Shown here piece by piece: positions 39,884 to 50,978 of a stretch of 64,000 bases of DNA (positions within the stretch are counted from its first letter, which is position 1; every line of letters begins with the position of its first letter). Below the pieces are notes generated by a model. The model made no database searches, was not told the DNA's origin, and worked only from the letters and a program-made list of their open reading frames with translations. The DNA is from Cenococcum geophilum (taxonomy: Eukaryota): contig CP158635.1 in assembly GCA_050273025.1 (NCBI GenBank), positions 19,468,001-19,532,000 on the forward strand. Reading direction: 5' to 3'. Position numbers and translations under genes: made by a program.

Positions 39884-41286
39884 CAGTCCCTCGTTAAAAG
39901 TCCCCGTGCGAGCGCATTTTTTAGACAACTTACCTTGCTAAATTACTATATAATAACCATATAATTAATTCTAAAGCTATAAAAAATATTTTAAGTTTAT
40001 ATTATATATAAAATCTATAACTCCTTTAGAAATCCTATTAATTATTTACTAAAATCTAAAATCCCAAAAATATTATTTCTACTACTAAATATTAAAATTA
40101 TTTTTAAAAAATTTAATATCTTATAGATAACGTATGTGATAGGGTTATGAAGGTGACCCTAGTTATGACCGATTTACATTACCGCCTTCTTATTTAGGCT
40201 AACTTATTGCCTAAAATATACTGCCGCTTTGAACATCAACACATCAAACTTTCCTCCTTACTTCCCTTGCACAGAACTCCATATTACTAAAGCCATGCCT
40301 CGCTAGTCGCGTACTCTAGATGCAGAAGATAGTCTATAAGCAGCTCTAAAAACCTAGCGAATAGCAAGTTTCTATAAAAGCGCTGAACCTTGTGCGAAAG
40401 CCCATGACGTTACGGAGGTCCCTAACAGTTTCACACTAACGTACGCGCAAGCACGGGTGCGTATTTTATAGCCTATATAACGTATCCTAGAGTCTACCCA
40501 GCGTATATTAAGGTATGGAAACAATTAATCGCAGGTAAGCTGCAAAAGCGGGCAGAAGAGTCTTCCGCAGTTACCGCTGCAGCTATAGCTACAGCTTTTA
40601 TTATGCAACCTTAGAAGACCGCTAAGAAGGTAGTAGAAGAAGCTGCTTTACCAAAGGACTCGCAGGAAGGATGATGCGATAATTTGTAATGGCTTTTACT
40701 AATTATTTACCGCCAAATCAGCATTTTGGCAAATTTTGATTTTCAAATCGGTCATAACTAGGGTCACCTTCATAACCCCATCACATACGTTATTTACGTT
40801 TACTATAACTTTTTTATTTAAATTTTTATTTTAAAAGTGTGAAAGTTTATTATAACCCTTTAAACCCTTATTTTTTCAAATTTATATAGGAAATTGCATT
40901 TTTTTTAAAACTCTTTTTTAAGTTTATAACCTTATAACAATTTTTTATACTTTTTAAATAAAAATTTAAGTAAAGAGAGTTTTAATAAAAGTAAATCCCC
41001 ATAAGATCTTAGATTTTTAGGAAAAATTTTAATATCTAGTAATAGAAAATATATGCTAAATATAGTAAGTTTTAGTAGGAAGTTAGTAAAACCCAGAGAC
41101 TTCTAATAAAGGACTATAGATTTTAAATAATAAAAAAGTATCGCGATTACTAGATTATATATCTGTAAGTAGATTTGGATGTTTTTTTAAGCTTTAGAAT
41201 TAATTATGTGACTTTTATATAGCATTTTGGCAAAAAGTGTCATTTTTTGGCGTGACCTCGGCACGGACACTTTTGACAAGGGACTG
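39884..41286. mobile_element. Non-autonomous Tc1/mariner-like element
   Basis: TIRs CAGTCCCTcGTtAAAAGT...ACTTTTGACAAGGGACTG with inverted similarity extending ~100 bp; TA TSD. Confidence 0.85.
40130..40790 (+). mobile_element. Non-autonomous Fot1-like element
   Basis: 46-bp TIR ACGTATGTGATRGGGTTATGAAGGTGACCCTAGTTATGACCGATTT at both ends, TA TSD. Confidence 0.9.
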
Positions 41287-41371
41287 TATCACATTTAACT
41301 ACTTTTACGGCTGTAGAGGATGTGTAACTTGTTTAGCAAAGTAATATTTAAGATATAGCTCCAGTAGTAGA

Positions 41372-42786
41372 CAGTGTGTCCAATAGTCAGCGGACAGCGA
41401 GCTTTGGGGCCTTATAGCTAACTGACTGCAGCCAAGCGGATCGCTCGCCGTCCGCTGCGTCAAAATCAGGTATGCTGACTGTTACGCTACCAGCTCGCTA
41501 TCCTAATTAGGCAATTTGTATAAAATTTATAGTGTTTTATTACGGATTTTAAGCAGCACCTCTATATATACAAATATTAATATTACCCAATTAAAGATAA
41601 CTATAATTTACTTAATATAGTGTTAAATATAGCTAAAATTATCCTCCGCGCCCGTAAGGGTTTAAAAGGGTAAATATTAGGGTTAGTAGTAATATTAGCG
41701 GTAAGAAAGAAAAGTAGTAGTAAAAGCTCCGGAGGCTCTATTTCTATATTAGATTTAATTAAATATTAAGCTAGCTTTTCTACCTCTATAGTTAGCTTAT
41801 GGCTAGTAAAATTAAAATTTAGGCTTATTAACTAGGGTATAGTTATAGCTCTATTAAAGCTAATAGGGTTAATTTAACCACTTAATAAAAGGCCTTTAAT
41901 TAACCACTACTTCTAATATTAATCTACTTTAATTATATCGACTAATAGTTAATTACGCTTATTAGTAATAATCTTTTTAGCTTAACTAAAGGTTTATTTA
42001 TATAGAGCTTATTACTAGTATAAAAAATATATTAAAAGTAATTTTAGTAAGTATTAGGTAAAGAATTTAACTAATTTTAAGCTACTAGTTAAAAGGATTA
42101 GAAACGATATAATTTTACTTATAGCTATTACTGGAACTAATCTTAATAAACTTAAGGCCTATACTATAGTAGTGGTTAAGCTTACTAGCGAGCTTAATCC
42201 GCTTTTATTTACAACTAAAGACTATATATATTTATTAGCTAAATCGTTATTAGATTTATAAGGAACCTTCCTATATTATAGCTTAACTAATTCCTTATCT
42301 TCCTTGTCTACTTACTTATTAATAAAAGTAGTTAATCTATTAGGTCTGCGTGGTATTAAAGGGCGCGTAGATAAAGTTAATAAGGAAAAGGTAGAGGAAG
42401 AAGTAAAGGAAGAAGTAGAGGAAGAAGCTCTACTATCTTACTAGGGCGTAAAATATAATATATTTTATATTTTATATAGGTAATAGAAAGGTAAGTTTAA
42501 ATATAGGGGACTAGGTTTATACTCGTAGTGGAGATTAGGGGAAATGCTCTATTTACTATAGCTAAGTAAGAGATTCCTAAGGGTTTCCTAAATGCTTTAA
42601 AATATTACTAAATCTTCCTTTCCTTACTACTAAGGCAGCGAGCTATTAGCTCGCTGTAGTTTTATTACCGACTGACTGTTAACTGACTGTAACTACCCTA
42701 TACGCAGACTGACTGCTCGCTGACTGCTTATATTATCAGCTTCTTGGCAGCTATGCTGCCAGTGTTGCTAGCTATTGGACACACTG
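41372..42786 (-). mobile_element. Internally deleted hAT element
   Basis: 15-bp TIR CAGTGTGTCCAATAG, 8-bp TSD GTAGTAGA (41364-41371, 42787-42794), ctgactg subterminal repeats, RIP-mutated ORF remnant. Confidence 0.9.
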
Positions 42787-43063
42787 GTAGTAGAGTTAAA
42801 TGGTATACGGCAAAGGGCTCCACTAAAATGTAGTTTATGTAAATCATTGCAATATAATGCTTGTATGTGCCCAAAATGCCAGTAAATATCCCTATATAGA
42901 AAATATTTATTATTATATTGTGGTTAAATATTATATATAGTATATGCGAAAAGTGGTCAACTCGCTTGTGTGGATAACTCGCTTGTGAAATACGTTATAT
43001 GTGTGTCCGCTAATTGATTCTATGGTCTAAGCTTGCTGAGGTAAATCAGCTACGTTAGTAATA

Positions 43064-43401
43064 CAGTAAAATCTCTTTAGTACGATACCGTTTGTTCGGC
43101 CGAGCGTATCGTAATACCAATGGTATTGTTATATCAAGAGTCACGTATTGGGTAAATAAGTAGGAAAAAGAGGAGCTTAATACCTAAAAAGGCTTAGGAT
43201 ATCTACCTCGCGGGCTAAATAAAGCCCTCTCCCATACAAATTCTCTACTGGTTATACCGATATTGGTGGTAGGTGCTTAACGATATTGGCAAAAGTCAGA
43301 TTATCGTAATATTACACCAAAAAAGGCTTGATTAAGGGGTGTAGATCGTAATGTAGAGGTTATCGTTATATACCCCATATCGTATTAAGGAGATTTTACT
43401 G
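43064..43401. mobile_element. Tc1/pogo-type MITE
   Basis: TIR CAGTAAAATCTCYTTARTACGATA, TA TSD, internal atcgtaat/atcgttat repeats. Confidence 0.88.
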
Positions 43402-43719
43402 TAGACGAAGTCGGAAAAAAAATCGGACGGTCAAGTTGCCCAATCGGAGAACGACGTGGAGTGGCTTGGCGAAACGGACCGTGCGGAGAATTTTATTGGT
43501 TGCGGTTGGGGTGAAGCCGGTTTTCCAACGGACTGTATGCCAAAACTAAATAGAATTCGCGATCCGGACGCTTTTGTGTGTCGACGGCGCAATCTGTCCG
43601 TCACCTGACACCCTGCGGGTGCGAACAGTAAACCCTTTCACTTCGTTTCAGGGCATTGATAATTAAAACAAGTCCGGAATCCGATCATAGCGAGCTCCTC
43701 CAAGCTTTTGCTGTCGACC

Positions 43720-46647
43720 ATGGCAGATCATAACTCCTATCTTCGGTACAAACGAGATACGAGATACTTGCTCTACTGGATGATCCACACCTCCAACAGC
43801 ATCATCAAGTCTTCATCTTCGCAGCCAATTCCAGATTCTTCATCTTCGGCACCAATCCCAAATCCCACACCAGTCAGTGTGAATACGACGGGCGAAATTC
43901 CAGTGTCAGCTTTCGTGCCACTCTCGAACCTCATTGCAAAGCACATCAATCCGATCCCTTCGATTATTTACCGCCTCTTCCAATCTGTCATAGACGCGCG
44001 AACTGCTACTCATGCCCTGTTCCAGCAGATTGTCGCTACAAAGCCTGATCTAGAGATCGAAAAGAGCAATGTTTCTCACAGATGTTTCATCGATGCTCTG
44101 ACCGAGGCCTTCAAAGCCCTGGGAGGCGAAGAATGGGCTTCAGCGTCGAAGTCCGAGACCAGTAACCCCGATGAAGAGGGCCTAGACGAGGTGTCATTCA
44201 CGAATAAGTTCTCCACCCTCGGTATCGATAGACCCAGTGACGGGGAGGAGGGTGAGGATGTAGTCGAGGGAGAATCCAACAGTCGTCCGATGCGTCCTGC
44301 AAAGAATTCTACGGCAAAAGAAAAGAAGGGCAAACGAAGAAAGAAAGCGAAAGGAAAGACACCAGCAGTCAAGGAAGCCAACTTCGATGGCATTCCTCTC
44401 GAGAGCTACCGCATCATCGAAGACGAAAATGGCTTTATCACTGATTATCTAATGGCTGTCTACTCGCTCGTCAAAGAGTGGATTGAACTTCGACATTACG
44501 TGCAAGGGCTTTGGCGCGAAGTATCATACGGCGGCCTCAACAGTGGTGTGGCTGGTGCTCTGTCCAATATTGCTATAGCGATGATCAAGCAAACAGAATC
44601 AGCAATTTTCGTCAACTTTCCTGGGCATGAGTCTTACGAGACAGTCATGAAGACTATTACACGTGGGGATCCGGAGAAGGCCCAAGGATCATTTCACATG
44701 GCCCTACACCGAATGGGACCCGGTGCAGAGGCGGCGGAAAAGGTGCAGGAAGTCGACATCGACATCAAAGAACACTTCCTAATACACGCTTATTGGGATC
44801 TTCTCGACTTCATACTGGATTTCCAGAAGACTCGCAGTGGTAAACCAACTAAGCGTATGCTCTCCGAGATTCGCGATTGGGATCCCAATTTCGATCTCCA
44901 ACGAGCTACTAAGGAACAACGCATCAAGTGGCGCCGGGCGTACACAATCAACTGGCTGTACGACTTGGTCAATGTCTTCTCATCAATCGTCGTTCAACGC
45001 AACACCCTGAAAGGTCAGAACTGGGTCCTCGAAACAGTAGATTGGTCCGTAAACGGACCATGGAATCAACATCGCAGACTCTTTGGTTCGAACGAACTTG
45101 CTGGTGATATTACTTCTTTTGCAATGCAAAAGGAAGGTACAGATGTTCGACAGAAGATTCTTCCTCATCATGTTTTTCAGATTCAGTGCATCGTGGATTC
45201 TCTGGCAGTGTCCCGGGGCTGGTCGGTCAACAGTCTTAAAGGTCACATTCTTAATCCGCCGGCACGAGGATTCCGTCCAAGGCGAGATGTTGACCTCTTC
45301 ATGGATCGCCAAAATGAGAGAGTTGGCCATGGATATTGTAATGCGGTTGATGTTTTAACTCAGTTTTTCGAGAAGGATGCTATGATGCACGGAAACCCAA
45401 ATCGCCATCAGCAGCAATCTGAACTGCTGAAAGATTTTATGGACGACTTTGTGAATTGGTTGGGGGAATCTAAGTACATGTACGGCTTGCAGACCATCCC
45501 TCCATCTCGCTTCTCTAACACGAATGCCAACGGCCTCTGGGAGTATTCTCCATTCCTTTGCGGCGTTGGTCTGGTAGAAGCACTGGAGCTTGCGTACGGT
45601 ATGAACTTCTTGGTATGGGACAGAATTCCAGAGCCGATGTGCCTCATACATCTGCACAATATGCTGGTGCAGAAGGGCTATATTAGGCAACCAATCGGAC
45701 TCTATGCTACCCTGCAGGATCTCTTCCCAACTGCATTTTTTGCCAACGGCAAAGTTCCCATCTCTGACTTTAATGGAGCCTTTCATGCAGTTGTCAATGA
45801 GACTGGCTCTCGTCGTGCGACTTTCCAAAGGCGGGGGCTAAACCGGACCGCCGCTCGTACGGCGGTGGACATTCACGGACTCTTGGATACGAACGCGAAT
45901 CGTTTCTTCAAGCAAAAGTCGTTGCTTAGGATCTATCACCAGGCAGAATGGGTGCCAGAGCGCATTCCTGATGAGGATGTTTCCCCGGTTTCCGCGTTGG
46001 GTATGCTCCGGATCGGCCAGACGAAAAAGGTTGTTGATCCAATGACAGGCAAGAGGGTGTTGGAGGATACCGCGCTTATCAGACGTGCAAGATCTGATGG
46101 AATGAGTGATGAGACGATGATTCAGATGGCATCACTGCTACAAGATCGCGGCACCAACCAGCCGCTTCCGGAAGCTTTATTGGCATTACTCCCTGAAGGC
46201 TACAACACGTCCCCTGCCCCTGAAAATAAACGTGGCAAAGGTGTTTTCGGCGGCCGCGAGCTGTTGGACCTTCTCAAACTGGACATCATCAACGATATTT
46301 TTGGCGAGCGACCACTATCGAGTCTGAACTACGTCTGGGTCACCGCGCGGTTTATGCTACTATTTCATCAAATCGAAGACGAGTTAAAGCGCTTGCGCAA
46401 CCCGTCATGGGTCTGCGCATATGAGAAGGAGGCTGTGATGATGCGAGAGAAGAGGGCGTCACTTACTGCACTGGCGCTTACCGGAGAGGATGAGGAGTGT
46501 ATGAGGGTAATTGCTGAAGCGTTTCAGAGCCCAAGGACAGGATTTATGGAGCATATATATTGGGAGGACTTGAAAAGCGCTGCCGAGACAGTGAGTAAGG
46601 ATGCGATAGATGACGATGAGATCGGTGGTTCTTGCACAGTAATGTGA
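43720..46647 (+). CDS. 975-aa DUF6604-like domain protein with C-terminal CaaX (CTVM)
   Basis: Intact single-exon ORF, first ATG at 43720; N-terminal SYLRYKRDT..LLYW...IYRLFQSVIDAR...SH..FI..L pattern typical of fungal DUF6604 proteins. Confidence 0.85.
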   Translation: MADHNSYLRYKRDTRYLLYWMIHTSNSIIKSSSSQPIPDSSSSAPIPNPTPVSVNTTGEIPVSAFVPLSNLIAKHINPIPSIIYRLFQSVIDARTATHALFQQIVATKPDLEIEKSNVSHRCFIDALTEAFKALGGEEWASASKSETSNPDEEGLDEVSFTNKFSTLGIDRPSDGEEGEDVVEGESNSRPMRPAKNSTAKEKKGKRRKKAKGKTPAVKEANFDGIPLESYRIIEDENGFITDYLMAVYSLVKEWIELRHYVQGLWREVSYGGLNSGVAGALSNIAIAMIKQTESAIFVNFPGHESYETVMKTITRGDPEKAQGSFHMALHRMGPGAEAAEKVQEVDIDIKEHFLIHAYWDLLDFILDFQKTRSGKPTKRMLSEIRDWDPNFDLQRATKEQRIKWRRAYTINWLYDLVNVFSSIVVQRNTLKGQNWVLETVDWSVNGPWNQHRRLFGSNELAGDITSFAMQKEGTDVRQKILPHHVFQIQCIVDSLAVSRGWSVNSLKGHILNPPARGFRPRRDVDLFMDRQNERVGHGYCNAVDVLTQFFEKDAMMHGNPNRHQQQSELLKDFMDDFVNWLGESKYMYGLQTIPPSRFSNTNANGLWEYSPFLCGVGLVEALELAYGMNFLVWDRIPEPMCLIHLHNMLVQKGYIRQPIGLYATLQDLFPTAFFANGKVPISDFNGAFHAVVNETGSRRATFQRRGLNRTAARTAVDIHGLLDTNANRFFKQKSLLRIYHQAEWVPERIPDEDVSPVSALGMLRIGQTKKVVDPMTGKRVLEDTALIRRARSDGMSDETMIQMASLLQDRGTNQPLPEALLALLPEGYNTSPAPENKRGKGVFGGRELLDLLKLDIINDIFGERPLSSLNYVWVTARFMLLFHQIEDELKRLRNPSWVCAYEKEAVMMREKRASLTALALTGEDEECMRVIAEAFQSPRTGFMEHIYWEDLKSAAETVSKDAIDDDEIGGSCTVM

Positions 46648-47262
46648 ACAAGGAGCCTTTCAGGAATGAACTAGAGTGAGCGAATTGTATCTGTCTGAGT
46701 TACCCATAATGCATGTAAGAAGGCTCCTCCAGCAGCTGAACACTGCACATAGCTCCCATTATTGGATTGTAGATTCCACAGCTGGGCAAGTAGTCGGTGA
46801 AGTAAAAGTGAAATTATTGCCGCAGAAGATGTTCAGACCTTTCGTGAGTGCAGCCCAAACAAGCCTCGAATACAGGCATTGAATCTCCTGCTACACCTGA
46901 ATGGTAACCAGAGGATCAAGCAAAGCGATTCGCACCTCCTAGCTTCTCGTGGGAATCAGCGCTTGACAAGGGAACTTGATGAGAAGGCGAGTGACGCATC
47001 AGGTTGAATACGCGTCAGAATGAGGAGGTGTTGTCGCGTCCGATTCAGAAGGGAATATTTGAATCGCAGTAAGAGTTGTCTTAAAAATCAGACGCTTACT
47101 TAGATATAGCTTTACTATAATGCAACGGCTCTATACTAATTAATTAATCTACAGCTCTAAAATCTAGATCTATAACACTAAAAATAAGCTCTAAGCTACT
47201 GATTTTATACCGGCAGAATGAAACTTGGCAAGAGATTCGGGTAGTAAAGTTACTGCCAAGAG

Positions 47263-47819
47263 TTACTGTCCGGATCCTGGCCGGGGAATTAGACCTAGTT
47301 GCTGCATTGCATTCAGGCCCGACTCCTCGCCAACTTCTTGCACGATCAGTCCATCTCTAAGTGTGTAGATAGTCGTTCCGGTGAAATACATTTCTGTGCC
47401 GGTGTTGGGCTGGTTTAGCGCGCCAACAGGCAGGTCTGCTCCGGTATGCTTCCCACCACCAATCCAGCGCACAACCACATAGTTTTGATCCGCGATCAAT
47501 GGATATGGGCCATAAGAATGGAATGAAACGTTCGAAAACGCCTAACGAATTTCTCGCATTAATATTTGGTCCACTCGCAGCAGCAGTAAATGCGAATACA
47601 TAACCTTGCATGTATAGAAATACGTACTCTTTTAAATTCAAGAAGCATCTGCTTTGCGGCTTCTCTGCCCTGACGAGGTCCATGCATCGGGTAATTCACA
47701 ATGAAGTCTTCTGCGCAGAGTTTGTCCACAATATCAGGATTTCCAAGTGTCCAGTATTCCCGATAATATTCAGCAACTATTTGTTTGTTCCTATCTTGAA
47801 GAGACATGCTAGCCGCCAT
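47263..47819 (-). CDS. SnoaL-like (NTF2-fold) polyketide/ester cyclase family protein, 156 aa, 2 exons (intron 47542-47627)
   Basis: NKQIVAEYYREYW..GNPDIVDKL...GPRQGRE...VVVRWIGGGKHTG...TGTTIYTLRDGLIVQEVGEE; a GTACGT...TAG intron joins the two ORF-track pieces in frame. Confidence 0.9.
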
Positions 47820-48343
47820 GGTCGGAATGTCGCTGTTTGCTAAGGTGGTTGATGATTTGGTGACAGCTCGAAGTGGATTTTTTGACTTGCAAAGCAGAAA
47901 ATGAAGAAGAAATAATCGGACTATTGAATTCGGGCAGACTTTTCACTTTATGATGAATACAAGACAGCCACATCGACCCATATATTTTGAATGAATTATA
48001 TATATTTGATTTTTGCTCGTTGTTGACAGAACTCTAGAACGCGTTTCACAAAACGGCCGCGGAAACACGACTTCGCGAGGCGCTCACACGTATGATGACG
48101 TGAGTGCAAGTGCATTTGTCACTTTGAGATGAGTAAACCTGAGCGCAAGGAGTCACGATGGCTTTGACTAAGTAGAACCGAGTCACAGATTCCATATAAG
48201 CGGCGATGTGCAGATCTGCCGAAGACGGTATGTTGAGGAGTCTTGGTGTGTTGAGTTGGACGAAGTTCGGCGTGGGCACCCTGAAGGCTCTCGGTTACCG
48301 TGCAGGTGGCTGGTACATTCTAACCGCATTTGGAATATTCAGG

Positions 48344-50092
48344 TTATTGCTCCCATATCGAATGTAAAATGTTAAAAGTCCTCGCAATGTTCGATGACTT
48401 GACTCGTTCATACACACCTGCCAAGCGCCCGGCGAAAAATTCCCGATGCACAGTACTGGAGCTCTCTGCGGCAGTAAGAAAATAAACCCAAATTAGGGCA
48501 TGCTCGCCGGGGATGCCGATGGGGATCTCTTCAACCGTAGCTTTGAGTTTGTCGAGCAAGTCAGCAATGCCCGAATCTTTTCCTTGTGACTGGTCGCTTA
48601 GAACTCGACGCGCATAGATTTTGCATGCTTGATCTATAGCGCTTTCCAATCGGGTGAAGATATCAAGGGGTTGAAAATCGCCACGGAGGAAACTTGGGGC
48701 CCGAATGCCGATCAATGGCTCTATCATGAGTTCCATACTAGAGCTCATGTAAGCCTATGCACGCAAGATCTGATTCCATCGAAAGCTAAGCAGATCTTGG
48801 AAGATGATATCATGAAAAGCTTACAAATTAATCTGTTCCTTCAAGAATTGGATGAGAGGCTTCTCCCTAGAATACTGTGTGTCACCAAAGGCCAGTATCC
48901 AGGACTTCGCCATGCCAATAAGTAGCCGGAAGTCACGGCATCCTGTTACCATATCATTAACTAGAAGAAGTACGATTGTCGCTAGTGTGGTTGCGCCGGT
49001 GTTGATTTGACCTTGGGTGGCATTTGCAGCCCCCCTCAACGAAGCGATTGCAGTGGTCTGATATCGTGTTGCTGTAGGAGCCAATTCCGGTTTCTTCAAT
49101 CGCAGATGGTTTGCAGAAGATGCAAGGAGTGCATACCGCACCAGTTCGTGCTCGCATGCAAGCGGGAGCAAAATGGTCCTGAATCCATTCCTTGGTCCAT
49201 CAATTGGTACCATCGTGGGGGCTATGTCTTCTGAAACTGTCCCATTCGTCAGCTGTCTCCAGATTTGTTTCCATATCACCTACAATTAAAAAGTAACATT
49301 CTTGTTGATGAGTCAAAGAGCTCTAAGCTTGGAGATATCTTGCTGCTAAGGCCGACTTGGCTTTCCATCATACCAACGAACGCTGCCTTAAGACAGTTAT
49401 CCACTAACGTTGGTCCGTTACTGATAGGCGAATCTTCATTGGGTAGACCGGGCGCTTCCGGTTCGTTGGTTATGATAGCGAGTGGTGATTCTGGTCCGGA
49501 GTCGTACCTCGTAATCGCGGTCCCAGGGTCCGCCCGGGTAGCCACGAACAAGCCTGGTGCAATCTGGCCATTACAGCACTCTACCAAGATCTGATCTGAG
49601 AGGCTTGTACTTTTTTGAATGTCATCTTTTGCTTCAATACGATATTTGAGTTCGTTAAGTGATGCTGTGGCATTATCGTGGGCTGCCCGAAGGCGAAGAA
49701 CCTCGCTTTCTAGTTCTGCTATGTATTCTTGGTTCTGGTGGCGATGTTTACTGGCAATGTTTACGTTAGGACCTACAACTTTAAACTACACAGGCCAAGC
49801 AAATACGCGCTAATTTACCGCTGGGCCTGGAGGACCTGACGACGCCTTTTTTCCCCTGACGAGCCTATATTTTTTGATCTGTTGGTAGACACTTCTGCAC
49901 TCTCTTACGATTAGGAGTCAAGTCCGGCAAAATCAGAGTGTGGGATGACGTAAACCTGAAGCACTGACCCGGTTGTTGATGTTGGATGATATGTAAGAAT
50001 CGTGGTCCCAGAATCTTGTTGCGCCGTTGCTCAAGAGTCTGCTTTCGACTCTTGCCATTATTCAAATCTTGTAGTTGGTCTGGGGAAGGCAT
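48344..50092 (-). CDS. ~493-aa transcription factor: bZIP-like basic/zipper region plus fungal-specific TF domain (Fungal_trans_2/DUF3468-like), 5 exons
   Basis: Exons 50092-49969, 49903-49819, 49750-49284, 49236-48825, 48737-48344 splice in frame; EKRRRQVLQAQRKHRHQNQEYIAELESEVLRLR; DGPRNGFRTILLPLA...ALLASSANHL...LATIVLLL...LIWVYFLTAAES. Confidence 0.8.
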
Positions 50093-50847
50093 TTTTAGCC
50101 GTTGTCATCAGATTGGCAAAGCTGGAATTGCAGAAGTTGTGTTGATTATGCTTCTATAAAGTCAGCTTCGATGTCTCTACCCCCGCTAGGAGTATGACTC
50201 AGCATGCGTAAGATCACAGACTAACTCAGTGTAAGATTTTCATCTCTTTCTCTAAGCCCCAAATGCTAAGTTCTAAGTCTGTGTTTCATAATTGAAGATT
50301 GGGGTCACTATAATCACGACCTTCAAAACTTCTCGAAACTCCTTGTAGAATATATTATTCCCGAGTAATGCGACTTTTTAAAACAATACCAAAATGCTTT
50401 TTTCCGTATCGGCTACATCCCGTCTAGCACCTTCTTCTTCGCTTCTGAAGCAAAGGCCTCTATGCAGACTTAGTAATTAACAAGCTGTCAAGCCCGCATG
50501 GACAAGTATGGTTGTCTCAGCAGGCAACCATGACAGTAAATGTTGCTAGTACTTAACTGGTATAGCTTTACAAACCCTTACTAGTGCGATATAATTAGGG
50601 TTAGTTAATAATACTGTTGCCATCTAAGGGCCTTTAGTGCGAAAATATAGGAGGGTCGACTTAAGACTGGTACCTTTGTCAGGAAAACCGGAGACTGGCA
50701 AGGGCTAGCCCCGGGGCTAGCCCAGGGTACCTTTAGCCAAATCCGCCAATCTGCTTATGTACACCTCTTAAACGGGGGATACTTTTAGCTAGAATTATGT
50801 AACGTGTCCCGCTCACGTCGCCAAATGGCCAACTGTTGCAGGATCTA

Positions 50848-50978
50848 CAAGGGGTAACATAAACGGGTCAAACGGCCCTCCCTGCTAGTATGTTATCAAA
50901 ATAAGCGAACCTTTGCAAAATGGTTGGGCTGTATTATTCTGCTAGTACACTAGCAGGGAGGGCCGTCTGACCCCCTTG
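50848..50978. mobile_element. Short Tc1/mariner-like MITE
   Basis: Inverted repeats caagggg...ggtcaaacggccctccctgctagt / actagcagggagggccgtctgacccccttg, flanked by TA. Confidence 0.75.

Larger units (their letters stand above)
38340..42995 (+). mobile_element. Fot1/pogo-type DNA transposon, RIP-inactivated, with three nested insertions
   Basis: ~50-bp TIRs (ACGTATTTCACAAGCGAGTTATCCACACAAGCGAGTTGACCACTTTTCGCATA), TA TSD; transposase from ~38435: VGQNWA, NFNKTGY, LLILNSYSSY, MPLYLSYLL*PLDIG. Confidence 0.93.
38296..43031. mobile_element. Tiny (~80 bp when empty) inverted-repeat element split by the Fot1-like insertion
   Basis: cttagaccatagaattaa (38296-38313) is the inverted copy of ttgattctatggtctaag (43014-43031), 1 mismatch. 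Confidence 0.55.

Noticed and set aside
44076..45828. Several minus-strand and alternate-frame ORFs
   Set aside because: Shadows of the 975-aa CDS
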